Below are positions 1-12,102 of a stretch of DNA of 46,073 bases, piece by piece. Under the pieces are notes generated by a model. That model was not told the DNA's origin and ran no database searches. It saw only the letters and a program-made list of their open reading frames with translations. Numbering within the stretch: the first letter of the stretch is position 1; every line of letters starts with the position of its first letter. A program made the translations under genes and the position numbers. Source of the DNA: Octopus bimaculoides (Eukaryota); the NCBI RefSeq assembly GCF_001194135.2, contig NC_068982.1, positions 66,036,025 to 66,082,097 of the forward strand, given 5' to 3'.

Positions 1-31
<31 letters not shown>

Positions 32-220
32 GTATATATATATCTGTATATATATATGTGTGTGTGTGTGTGTATATGTATGTATATGCATATATATGTG
101 TGTGTGTGTGTGTGTATATGTATGTATATCTATATATATATATATGTGTGTATATATATGTGTGTATATATATATATATATATGTGTGTGTGTTTGTGTG
201 TATATACATATGTATGTGTG

Positions 221-263
<43 letters not shown>
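1..263. repeat. Compound (TA)n/(TG)n microsatellite
   Basis: Direct reading of the sequence. The three overlapping ORFs at 56-339 are translations of it. Confidence 0.97.
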
Positions 264-264
<1 letters not shown>

Positions 265-1352
265 AAAATAAGCAACAGGATATCCAGAGGTGATGGAGTA
301 CAACCATTTCAGGGGGCTCCATTTAATTAAACAATGCAATCACTACATCAATTTAAATGCAGGTCTATCCTCAGCTGCATAAAAGAACAAATAGAATTTT
401 TTTAATCAGTCTGACAATTTGTATAATTTTGCTTAAATATTCTAATAGGATAAGAAGACAGACAAAATCCATGCTGCTTGCACTTCAGCTTAGCAGTTTC
501 TAAGATATCAGGAAAAAAAAAATTTGTTTGGGTCATAGCTTGTCACGGATTTTAGTTTAGTTTTAATTTGTTAGTCCTGTTTATCAAATCTTAGACTAGA
601 GGATAGTGTCTGTTAGGAAAGGGCAGGAGAGAGTTGACAGAATCATAGTGGGTATAGTCATAAAACTTGTCAAGATTATTTTGAAGTAGTATAAAGTAAC
701 TGGCTATAATGAGGTTGGATAGTGGAAAACCTCAAATCAAGATGTTAATTACCTGTTAAAGGGGCAAGATGCTAATAAAACCAATGATGATAATACAGTG
801 GAAATTTTATCCTGGGGTACTATAGGTGATTGATTTAAACAATATTGTTACGTTGTATAAATATAAAATTTAGGGTTATCGGGAAAAAATATTATAACCA
901 AAAGATAAATTTTGAATAACTTTGAATATATACCAAAATTTTCAACAATAGAGAGAGAAATAAATTTCATAGAATTAGTTTAATCATTTACCTATTAGGT
1001 GGTATCTATAACGACCGATCACTGGTATTTACTAAAGGAATACTGGGACGATAGAACATGCTAACTATATATTAATTATAAGCTAAAAGGTATATTATAA
1101 GTTGTGAAGTTACCAGTGCTTTTATATACAAGCTAATATAAATTTCTAGGAGTACAAAATTTAAGAGGTTTACTTACATAAAGGCTATTATAAAAAATAA
1201 TAATATAATTAGTAAGGTAGAACACCATAGAAAGGAATAAATAGTTTAATCACTAAAACCATGAAGTATATATACCATATTATCAACAATAGAAAATGAA
1301 GATTATATAGAATTTACTTATAATTCTATCATATACTTAATTATTTATTTAT

Positions 1353-2352
1353 TAGGGTGGTATCTAAAAAATACTGATCTAAAGTAATTACTTATGGAAT
1401 ACTCCGGTGATGAAACATGCTAGCTATATATTGATTATAAGGTAAGAGGTATAAAATAAGTCATAAAGTTTCCAGTGCTTCTCCTGAAGCTGTTGGAATT
1501 TCAAGGACTCCCAGCAACTGCTCCTTGCCTTGAAAAGTTACTATTATTGCTAGTCTATCAACCTTTTCAATGCCTGTGAGTGTTGGAACCAGCTTTCCAT
1601 CCCAGTGCAACACTAATTCTTGACAGTCATTTAGGTTAAATTTGTGCTGTGTTTCTGTGTGTTTCACTTCTCTAAGTTTTGTTCTAAGGCATTGATAATA
1701 AGTATACAAAGCACATAATGTTATAAAAACGGAGAGGTTATAAACATGGTATTACAACTTTGTCAGGGCTACCAACACAACAGGCGAAGATCTATATCAT
1801 AATGCACCACTACAAAATGAATGAATGCTTACAAGTTATTACAAATAAATTAACTTATATCTACAAACATGGACAAGTCATATTAGTTCACTGTTTATCA
1901 CAAACGTATATTTCTTAATATTTTATTTCTCAACACTACCATTAGGTGCAGTACAATTCTTTCAACGGATGAATGCAACTCACAATCTAACTCGCTCACG
2001 GCTGGTTGCCGACTGGATGACAACGAAAAATAGCTGTTTGCCTTAGACTTGCACTCTGTCCCCAGCTTTGCAAGTTACCTTCCCCATTATATTTATTGTC
2101 AATTATCCTTCTATTACAAAGAATAAGTGTGAACAAGTTTTTAATTTAAGAGAAAATTACATAAGAGATAAAAAAATTTTTATCTGAAAAAATGACTTAC
2201 TGGGCGAAAACTTCAAAATTTCATGGCCGATGAGGATCGCCTTGCAGTTGTTTGACTGAGCTAAAATTTTGCATAGATCGTTTTTTTTTGTTAATTAGAA
2301 CAAGATAGGGGGTGGGAGCTAAACTTCTATAAAGTTGAAAAATAAGGGCCAC
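1353..2352 (-). mobile_element. Internally deleted DDE DNA transposon, probably hAT superfamily (hATm-like)
   Basis: ORF 1461-1709 contains LHWDGKLVPTLTGIEKVDRLAIIV...GKEQLLGV, the first-catalytic-Asp region of an invertebrate hAT-like transposase family (family assignment from memory). It is truncated at about 1480. Terminus-like TAGGGTGG at about 1353 and AAAAATAAGGGCCAC at about 2340-2352. Boundaries are approximate. Confidence 0.6.
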
Positions 2353-3244
2353 ATTGATCTGTAACCAAAGAATAGTTTCAATTTTTATGTGCTGATTTAA
2401 AAAATTACAAAGAAATTATTTTATCATGTACAGTTTCTTCACAAAAACAATCATTGCATTTTACCATTATGCCTGAATTTGACTATTGTCTTCTATTTTT
2501 ACTATTAATTGCCATATTTAAATAGACTGTAACAGTATAACTAATAGCATCAGTCAACATTTAGACCATTTATAAGCATCAGTCAACATTTAGACCATTT
2601 CAGCTACACGGAGAGGTACCTGCATCACTGTAGCTTCAGTCACCTCCCCCTCCCACCAAACAGTGAAGTGAGAAAGACACACTTTACAAGGTCATGCGGA
2701 TTAGGTTAAAACATCTTTTTTTTTATTTCAGTTATTTCCTCATGCCTTTTTCAGTGTATATATGCTACACACATTGTTTTATTGTATCATATGTTACACC
2801 CCAATGCTTCTTTAATGATATTATGTATACATTTAGATGGTAAATCAAATGTATACTGTTAAAAAAATGTCCCCTTCCCCTTTCCTGACAAAACTCCACA
2901 TCATTTGAAGCAAAGATGTCTTCTAGAAGATATGCAGCAAACTTGGATAACTTTTGGTGCTTTTGGGATGAGTTTATGACTTAAGAAACAATGAAGGAAC
3001 AAAAGCCACTTGATGGGGCCTGAGTGGCAGGGGCTCAATATGGCAACAAATCCACAATTTGGTTTTTGGTGGACCAAAATGGGTACACAATACTCAAGCC
3101 TAAACAGATGTGTGTAGCATTTCAGCAGCACTTCACCCAACTGTTTGGGATGAATGGCACTCCAGTGCCTGCCTCAGTAGGCATACCATGACTCTTGGCG
3201 AGGGGAACAGAGTATTGCAAAATGATGGTAATGGTTGCAGTCAC

Positions 3245-3990
3245 CTAGTTTGGATGGTCTGCCCTACAAGCTTTACATACCAGACTTTGTAGACATATGC
3301 CACAGCTGGCAGCAGAACAGGAGGATTCCTAGTTCTGTGAGTTGAGGACCAGTGGCACTGCTGTGAAAGGACCTAAACAAGAAGCAAATACAAAATTTTA
3401 TACCCATAATGCTGCTGAATTCAGATTTCAAAATTTTGGCCAGGGTGTTAGTAAAGATGTTGGCACTTGTCTTCAAGGAAATGATTGGTGATGCGTAAAC
3501 ATCATCCCAAGCAGATCCATCTATGGCAACCTCCGTCTTATGCAATACATCATAGACAAGGCGGGTAAAGAATATGGCACGGGTGGAGCTCTGATCATCT
3601 TGGATCAATCTGAAGTCTTTCATAGGGTCAACCACCAACACTTGTGGTGACTGTTTTCACAGTGACTGGTTTTGGTCTCATTTTCCGTGGCTGGATTGCC
3701 ACAGTATATAGTGACATCTGCATAGTAGTTCAGGTGAATGGTTATCTATTGGAACTATTCAGCATCATGCACTCGTTTCATCAAGTGTGTCCACCCTTGT
3801 CTCTTCTATATGTATTAGCTCTAGAGCCACTACTGCGGAAACTGGAGGTGTTGAAAGGCATCCTCCAAGAACTAGGTTGTGGGAGAACTGTGTCAGCATG
3901 TACCGACAACATCACAGTCATAGTGTGAAACACCAGGTGTATAGACCTGATTGGCACTACTCTAAAAGAATATGAGATGGTAACATGAGC
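3245..3990 (+). mobile_element. Decayed Tx1/L1-clade LINE reverse transcriptase fragment
   Basis: Manual translation across stops and frameshifts gives LDGLPYKLY, PIMLLNSDFKILARVL, IPSRSIYGNL, ALIILDQSEVFHRVNH, QVCPPLSLLYVLALEPLLRKL and SACTDNITV, i.e. degenerate RT motifs 1-5. Confidence 0.85.
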
Positions 3991-4044
3991 AAAAAATAAC
4001 CAAGAAAAGTCAGTGGGCCAGCATCTCAGCACCTGGAAAGGCAG

Positions 4045-4240
4045 CATCATTAGCACAATTGGCAAAATGTTTAGCAGCATTTTGTCTGTCTTCACATTCT
4101 GAGTTCAAACTCCACCAAGGTCAACTTTGCCTTTCATCCTTTTGGGATTGATAAGTAACAGTTGAGTACTGGGGTTGATGTAATCAACTTAACCCCTCTC
4201 CTGAAATTGCTAGCCTTGTGCCAAAATTTGAAATCATTAT
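4045..4240 (+). mobile_element. SINE family B, CpG-decayed copy
   Basis: Matches the CpG-intact copy at 37828-38030 (ttctgagttcaaactcc...gtcaactttgcctttcatcc...). Other decayed copies lie at about 8105-8325 (-), 11000-11180 (-) and 30747-30905 (+). Confidence 0.8.
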
Positions 4241-4334
4241 TATTGTTTGATGAAAACTCTCAGTTTATTTTGTTGGGTATGAGGGAAAGTGTCAGCTGTC
4301 CACAGCTGGCAGACTAAGGTGTATTATACAGTAA

Positions 4335-4480
4335 CTTTCTAGAAGTAGATAATAGCTTCTATTACCTAGGTGACCATGTTTCAGTGGAAAAGGGTATTCC
4401 AAAAGCATAGTCGGTAGAGAAGGGATGGTGTGGAAAAAGTTCAGGGCTCTATTACCTTTGCTGGCTCCTCTAAGTATGTT
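4335..4480 (+). mobile_element. Short RTE LINE fragment
   Basis: Translates to LEVDNSFYYLGDHVS...WKKFRALLPLL, homologous to the RTE peptide at 12285-12476. Confidence 0.7.
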
Positions 4481-4529
4481 GCAAGTGTCATCATCTGCAA
4501 GCAGCATTTCCCTGATGAATAATTAGTTT

Positions 4530-5300
4530 GCTTTGGTTTTCACCTTCAGTCAGGACAGACTGAACAGTTTCTTGTTTGCTCTTGCATGAAGGTCAAAACT
4601 ATCAGTTGATAGTCCAAAGACTTGCTTCAACATAACAATGAAGAAAATGTCAAAGCAAGTAGAGGCAATATACAATCCTGCCTCACTCCACTGTGAAAGA
4701 CCATGAAAGTGAATGATGCCTTTCATTTTTGTGTGGAATTCCCAAACAGTTCTGAGTTACCTCAGAAAGTACCCAATCTTGACAAAGGTTTTGAAGAAGT
4801 CTCTATTCAGAAGGTCAAAAAATTTCATGAGATCAATTAAAATGCTGTGGAGTCATCTTTGCTCTTTGCATTTTTCTTGTAGTTACCAAAGGGAGAAGAT
4901 TGTTTCAGTTGTGGAATGTTCTGATCTGAAGCTGCACTGAAACTTACAGTCTGTTTAGGAACATGTGATTAAGGACCTTCCCAGTGATGCTGAGCAAGAT
5001 TTCTCTGTAGTTGTTGGATAAGGTTGCATGTGATCAGCAAGACCTTGCACACTGTTGACCACACCCTGCTTTACACACAAAAAACAAACACACATGGGTT
5101 TAAGATTGGGTGTATGCCTCATCCCTTCATTGCAAAATCTCTCTGAGCACTATCAACCCCACATATGGCCCACATCTGAACCCTGCTTTGCTGGCGATTA
5201 CTACTCAGGTTTTGGGGATAACAAGGGACATAACTCTTGACAGAATCCTTTTCTAATCATCTCCTATGGGTTCATTCCAATTATTTTCATTGCATCCACA
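4530..5300 (-). mobile_element. Decayed RTE (BovB-like) LINE RT fragment
   Basis: Minus-strand translation retains degenerate equivalents of IDLxKAFD, EFHxxMKG and SGVRQDCILP...FDIFF, broken by many stops. Confidence 0.65.
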
Positions 5301-5484
5301 AACCAGATCTGACAATTGCTGACCTTTTTTCCTACTCTGGCCTCTCTGATGAGTTAGGCAACCAGCCAATTAGCGAATACCTGTGTGAACTGATTGATAA
5401 GATTGGCTGAAATGGATTTATGAGACTGTAAGACTGTATACTATTAAGTTTAATATACTCACTCAATTGACAAATTCATGAGTG

Positions 5485-5866
5485 TGTAGTGACGCCTTAA
5501 TAGCAGACATTCCGGAAAGCTTATCCACGCATGCGCAGGGACTAGTTCCGGAAGGAATACAGGAAGAGTCTCGTGCGCATGCGTGGTCATTCGACATCCA
5601 AGTTTCGTGCCCCTATTCATTCTCTTTTCTCGCCGGTCGACGAGGAGCCAAGACGTACAAGCAGTCTCTCTCCAACATTCCAACTCTGGAGCTAGACAAA
5701 TAACCACTCAACATCATTGACGGCTTCTCAGCAACCAAAGGGCGAAGTGCTGCCTATTTCCTCTGTAAATAAATATTGTTGTGTTGATAGTTCAGAATCT
5801 GCGTTCCGTTGTTTCTTCTAGAAATTTAATGTACGGAAGCGGGTATACACCTAATGGTGTATAACC
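5485..5866 (+). mobile_element. Solo-LTR-like element, CpG-rich
   Basis: Starts TGTAGT, retains CpG in a CpG-poor region, has AATAAA at about 5767 and possible CA ends at 5849 or 5866-5867. No target-site duplication was found. Confidence 0.45.
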
Positions 5867-5944
5867 ACTTTCCTAAAAGTGCCTCTTTTCTCTGACTTTC
5901 AGATTCTTAGTCTACTATTTGCCATATATATGTATAGATATATG

Positions 5945-5988
<44 letters not shown>

Positions 5989-6835
5989 CAACATTATCAT
6001 CATCATCATCATCTAATGTCTGTTTTCCTTGCTGGTACAGGTTGGATAGTTTGACAGAGTTCAACAAGCTTCATCAGGCTACAATGTCAAGTTTGACATG
6101 CTTTCTATGACTGGATGCCCTTCCTAGTGCCAATGACTTTACAGTGTACTGGATGCTCTTTTCAGGACACTGGGCATAGTGAGGTTGTCAATTAACTTGT
6201 AAGACAGAATAAAAAAAAAACAAAAAGGAAACAGTTCCCTTGACTGAGTGAGAATATGTTTGAGAGAAGGAGGAGTGTACTTTATGTCAGGTTTTGAAGG
6301 CTAAATTATGATAGGACATGCATAGGTGTCTTGTTATAGAAGAGATATGTGGTTATACCCCTCCTATTCTGCTTAATTCTATTAGAGTTTTCCAATTCAG
6401 TATATATTTTTATTTTACTTCCATATAATTTAACTTCCTCACAGCCAACAGGCTGGAGCAATCAGTTCACACATTCTCCTACTCCCTTCTTACTCTCACA
6501 CTCACCAATGAAACTCTTACATATATACTACTTCTCTTTGCAGGTTTTTTTTTTTTTTGTAACTTATATACTATTAAGGTAATTTTATTACTGAAATTAT
6601 CACTCTTTGTAATACATTGCTATTTTACAGTTTTAATAGTAGCACTAAGCTCATTGAAGTCCTTAAGAACTAATTTGCTAATGGAATATTTATATTTTTA
6701 TATATAATGAGAAAATACACAGGTAATATGTCATGCTAGAAAAAGCAGCTCAATCAATGAGCCAATGAACTATACTGATCACTTATCTTCAGAGTCAAAA
6801 GATACTTCAACCCACAACAATTATTAATTCTCTAG

Positions 6836-7060
6836 GAAGCTCAGGCAAGGTCTGCAATGGATTATTGCTCTCATATCTGGAATGCTGCTGCTGCATACAC
6901 AAATATACTAGGCTGCATCTAGAAAAGAACCATTTGACTGATTGCTTTAAAGTCATTCACAGATATGCTCCAATCTCTGACTCACAGTTATGTTGTTTCC
7001 TCTCTCTGGCTTTTCCACCACTGTTATAATGGTGTCTGCTTCTATATGTTGGCTGAGAAC
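6836..7060 (+). mobile_element. Decayed CR1/Jockey-group LINE, C-terminal ORF2 fragment
   Basis: Reads AQARSAMDYCSHIWNAAAA...LQSLTHSYVVSSLWLFHHCYNGVC, matching the YKAQxRPxxEYCSHIW...SLxHRR...LFYRYY-type motif. Confidence 0.7.
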
Positions 7061-7409
7061 CTGTCACTTCTACACAGACATTTGGTTACAATTGTTTTAA
7101 TACCACTCTGGTTCAAATTGCATTACACATGAATAATTGTGTGATAAATTACACTAGACTTGTATAAAATTATGCATGTTTGCAATAGTAAGGGACGGCA
7201 CCTCTCTGGATGCTTACCAAACTTAGCTATCATATATGATGTCTTGTATAATTTTATTCAAGTCCTGTGGAGTTAATTGTTTGCGTAATGTGGTTCAAAA
7301 AGGAGTGGTACTGAAACATTTGCAACTGATATTGAATTTGTGCTATACTAATATCTTCATCACCTTTGTGTGTGTGTGATAAGCTGTGTGCTTATACAGT
7401 CATGAAAAG

Positions 7410-7730
7410 CTTGGTACATAGTGCAATGGTTAGAGCATTGGGCTCACAATCATGAGGTAGTGAGTTTGATTCTCAAGCCAGACTGTGTGTTGTATTCTTC
7501 AGCAAGACATTTTATTTCACATTGCTCCAGTTCACTCAGCTATAGAAATGAATTGCGACATCACTGGTTCCAAGCTGTATTGGCCTATGGACAGTATTGA
7601 TGGTGTGGAGAGGGGAGGCTGGTATGCATGGGTGACTGCTAGTCTCCTGAAAACAACCTTGCTTGGACTTGTGCCTTGGCTGATAACTTTCTAGGTGCAA
7701 TCCCATGGTCATTCATGACCAAAGAGAGTT
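7410..7730 (+). mobile_element. tRNA-derived SINE (family D)
   Basis: Head gtgcaatggttagagcattgggctcacaatcatgagg...gagtttgattc has A/B-box-like motifs. Related heads lie at about 7900-8045 (-) and 42285-42420 (+). Confidence 0.7.
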
Positions 7731-9778
7731 TTACCTTTTTATATATATATATATTGTGGACTCTCCTATTGTAGATGACAGATGAGGGCTCTGCAATTTC
7801 TTTCTGAACAACTGGTGCACTTTAAAGTGATCAAATGTTTGTGCTGTACATTAATTCACTCCTTCCATCAACCCAACATTGCTTGTAAAGATGCACAGTA
7901 TGTCATCTGTCAGATGATGAAGTGATTGCAGAGCAATATAAGATAAAATATTGTGCTCAAGAACACAATGCACTGCCCAGTGTGGGAATTGAAGTTATGA
8001 TCTTACAATCATGAGTATATTACCCTAACCACTAGGCCACACATCCTCACATATATAATTATTTTTGGGAACATTGGATCTTGAAGCAGATAAGCTATAG
8101 ATAACGGTTTCAAATTTAGGTACTAAGCCAGTAATTTCAGGGCAGTGGGGTAAGTTGACTGCATCAACTCCCATTGCTCAACTGCTACTTATTCTATTGT
8201 TCCCAGAAAGATCAAAGACAAAATCAACTTCAGTGGAATTTGAACTCAGAATATAAAAACAGACAAAATGCCATTAAGCTTCTTTTGTCCAGCATGCAAA
8301 CACTTCTACCAGCCTGCCACTTTAAAGATAAGCTAAAATTATAACATGTAAATATTGGGTTAAAAAAAACTCTTTGAGTAGAATAAGTCAAAGGCTACCT
8401 GTGGGGCTTGAACCCACATCTCTTGTAAATATGACAGGTGATCTACCAATGGACCAAGGTAATTTTTAGAATTTCTCTGTCCATTTAGAAATGTTACTCT
8501 TACCAGCAGGAATTGTATATTATTGAGGACATAATAATTTATAAACTTCAAGACAATAAGAAATAATTCTTTTTTGGAACATTGGATCTTGAAACTGTAA
8601 ATATTGGCTTTAAAAAAAGCAACAGCCTCATTCAAATAAATTCCTATCATTCAATCATATTTTCGATAATACCAGCTTTTCAGTAAGATGGAATGCACAT
8701 GGGATTATTCACTTTCTAGCTTGTTACTTTCATATGTATTTAAGTGTGTGTGTGTGTATGATGATTTCCTCATTTTGTCAGATGATAGATGCCTCACATA
8801 CAACTTAATTGTTCTGATTTACATTCATTCCTGCTTGTGCATGGATAGTACCATGCATGTATTACCATAGGATTTCATGAAATGCAAAATAGATCAGGAA
8901 ATGAAATGACAGTGAAACAACAGTACATAATTGAATTTAAGTGACAAAGCTTGTACAGCACTTTTACCATACTCTCAGTCACCATAGCAGGTTCTGTTGA
9001 CATGTATTGCAAGATGACTGCTACTATTTTGACTAAGTTTTATGTCAGTATATTTCTCCTAGAAGAGCTGTCTTCATCACAGCTTTGTCAAAAAATAACA
9101 AGAGCTTCCTCTACTCCTTGGAACCCTGACAGATGCTCCCATTCTGGATCAGAATAGGCCTAGTAATAACAGTAATTAAGGGATGACTCCACACTCCCCA
9201 TAATTCCAGAAGTCTCAAACTGGAGTCTCATCAGCAGATGCAATTTAATATCATAGCTAGGACAGACAGACAGATGTACATACATACATATCTTGTCAAA
9301 ATATTTTTCATATTATTCAATATTTCATATTGTCACATTATATGATATGGTTTATATTGATAATTTAATCTGTTCATACCCACACAAAAATGTCATCTAA
9401 TTGTTAGAATCAGAGGTAACTCTATTTACCCCATACAGTTTCATCTTTATATAGCACTGTTCATCACATGCCACTGCACAGAAGGAGGGCAGAGGAAACA
9501 GATAAGATTTAATTTTTTAAATCACTTGTAATTTCAATGCATCATAAACAGCTGGTGCTGTAGCATGCACCATTGAATAACACATTACATACACACAGTG
9601 TTAAGGTCAGGACTATATTCAATGTGAAGAAAAACAAAAACATTTTACAGCAACAATCTTCTGTGTGTGTGTGTGTGTGTGTGTGATTGTGCATGTGATG
9701 GGAAAAGTGTGATACTAATATTTGTTTTATGGTAAGTATTTCTTTACTGACTGCAAGCACATAATTGCAAGCAAAGGT

Positions 9779-9890
<112 letters not shown>

Positions 9891-10009
9891 ATATATAGCT
9901 AATACATTTATCAACCACTTCACATACATGTATGTTTGTGTATGAACTGGTAGATAAATGCCATACACTTGTTTATCAGATTTACTTAATTTGTTTTCCC
10001 AATTTACAG

Positions 10010-10078
10010 AAGCCTTTAGTAATAGTGAGATTATAAGTAATATCCCTCTTGGACAGTTGAAGAAGGGACAGGGTCAAG
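10010..10078 (+). CDS. Candidate coding exon of an unidentified multi-exon gene (phase 1 to 1): (E)AFSNSEIISNIPLGQLKKGQGQ
   Basis: Branch-like cttaat plus ttgttttcccaatttacag acceptor, and CAAG|gtttgt donor. 69 nt, only one open frame, phase-compatible with the next exon. Confidence 0.45.
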
Positions 10079-11558
10079 GTTTGTCAGGTTAATTCCAATG
10101 GTCTTTTATCTACAGAAATATTGTATATAATGACAAAGCACTTAGATATATCTTTATATGCAATATAAAGATATACAAACATTTACATCAGGTGAACCTG
10201 TCCTACATGTGTCAGTAATGACACACCACAGGTTTTTAGGTGAAGCACAATGGATTTTAAGAAAATAAAATCACCTTGCAACATTATGTTGCTAAATTTA
10301 ACAAGCAATTTTCATTGTTTCACACATTAAATGTTGGCATGGATATGCGGCTAAGAAGTTTACTTTGCATTCACATGGTTTGGGGATCAACCCCTCTATG
10401 CAGCATATTGGGCAAATATCTTCTACTATAGATAGGTCTTGGCTGACCTATGCAAGCAAGTGAATTTGATATACAGACACTGCGAGGAAGCATGTCAGGT
10501 GATGGTGTATGTCTCTCTGAGTGTTTCTGTGTTATCTTTGTTCCCTTCCACTGCTTGACAACCAGTGTTGGTTTGTTTACATCCCCATAAAATAGCAGCT
10601 CAGCAAATGAAATCAACAGAATAAGTACTAAACTTTAAAAAGAAATATAGGTACTGGGGTCAGTTTGTGCAATTAAATCCTTCAAAGCATTGCCCCAGCA
10701 TGGCCATTTTCCAATGACTGAAACAAGTAAAAGATGTGATACTAAGATGTTAGTCTGAAAAAATGAAAACATTACATTTTTCAGTAACTTGTAATGGTCA
10801 GCTGCGGACCTCCATTGGTCAAGGTTGACCATATGTCTACACATGGAGGCTTGGACAAAATTACTGGCAGTGGCCCATATATGCATATTTCTCCACCTTC
10901 TTTCCACTACTGCTGTTTATTCAAGGTGAAGGCCATATAGGCCACTGCACCTTCGCAACAGTGTTATCACAGGCATTGCTGTCAGAAAGGATCAGATATT
11001 GCAAAGCATCTTGCCCGACCTTCTAACAACTCCACTGATCCACTGCCTGGTATTGGTACATCTTTATCTGGATAAGATAAAATGCAAAGTTGACTTTGAC
11101 AGTACTTGAACTCAGAGCACGAGTCAGAACATATAGCACAAGGCATTCTATTCAACACTCTAATGACCCTGTCAATTTGGCTTCTTCATCATATGATACA
11201 GCACTTTATATGTTTCAGTCATAAATTAAGTCATCAGTTGCTGTTCATGCTGGCTAACATGATATGATATGTTTAGGTTTTCTTTTTTTGCTTCATTTCT
11301 ATTTACTGAACCCAATCATTATAATATCATCATCGTCATCACCACCATTGTATTAATGTCTCCACTTTTCCATACTTGCATGTGTTGAATGAAATTTGTT
11401 GAGGCAGATTTTCTACAGCTGTTTGCCCTTTCTGTCGCCAAGCTTTACCTGTTTCCATGGCTAGACAGGCTTTCATGGAAGACTGAAAATGAAGGATACG
11501 CACTCATATAACAGTGACATTTATTTATAACAATCATGTGATGTCAAAGCAAGAAGAC

Positions 11559-11597
<39 letters not shown>

Positions 11598-12102
11598 AGC
11601 ATATATATTGTTTACATCATGAATTCAGAAACTTTGAGTGACATGAAACTGTGTATTTTTAAAGGTGAAACTCACAGTAGATAAAGCTATGAATTACAGC
11701 ATGTAAATATTGGGTTAAAAAAGACCCTTTGTATAGGCTTTTTCTATGTAAAGGGTTATTTACCTAATATTTACAGATTATTATTTACAGTTTTATATAA
11801 TTAGAGTTTCACTGTTTTAAAACAAATATTTACATATATATATATANNNNNNNNNNNNNNNNNNNNNNNNNNNNNNNNNNNNNNNNNNNNNNNNNNNNNN
11901 NNNNNNNNNNNNNNNNNNNNNNNNNNNNNNNNNNNNNNNNNNNNNNNNNNNNNNNNNNNNNNNNNNNNNNNNNNNNNNNNNNNNNNNNNNNNNNNNNNNN
12001 NNNNNNNNNNNNNNNNNNNNNNNNNNNNNNNNNNNNNNNNNNNNNNNNNNNNNNNNNNNNNNNNNNNNNNNNNNNNNNNNNTGTTTGTCTGTGTGTCTGT
12101 CT

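Noticed and set aside
56-339. ORFs rich in CV/YI/RE/HT/LS dipeptides here and at 9727-9968, 15977-16219, 20410-20787, 23510-23814, 28811-29066 and 32641-32856
   Set aside because: Translations of microsatellites.
343-374. Minus-strand terminal-exon-like EDRPAFKLM* resembling a kinase C-terminus
   Set aside because: Only 10 codons, and no upstream kinase exons were found in the window.
2546-2600. Short direct duplications (also 16607-16663 and 23469-23536)
   Set aside because: Ordinary slippage-type duplications. No array or spacer structure, so not CRISPR-like.
5345-5385. ctgatga-gttaggc...gccaattagc-gaat, a hammerhead-like motif on +
   Set aside because: GAAT replaces GAAA and no stem III/UH or stem I can be formed. 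At most a dead relic.
7218-7310. Minus-strand segment with good splice sites (similar case at 21375-21445)
   Set aside because: All three frames contain stops. It could only be non-coding, and there is no support.
9181-9235. CUGAUGA followed by a 7-bp stem (gactcca/tggagtc) on the minus strand
   Set aside because: The stem is followed by AUCC, not GAAA, so the core is incomplete.
10147-10175. 13-bp perfect hairpin
   Set aside because: Almost purely A/T; expected by chance in TA-rich DNA.
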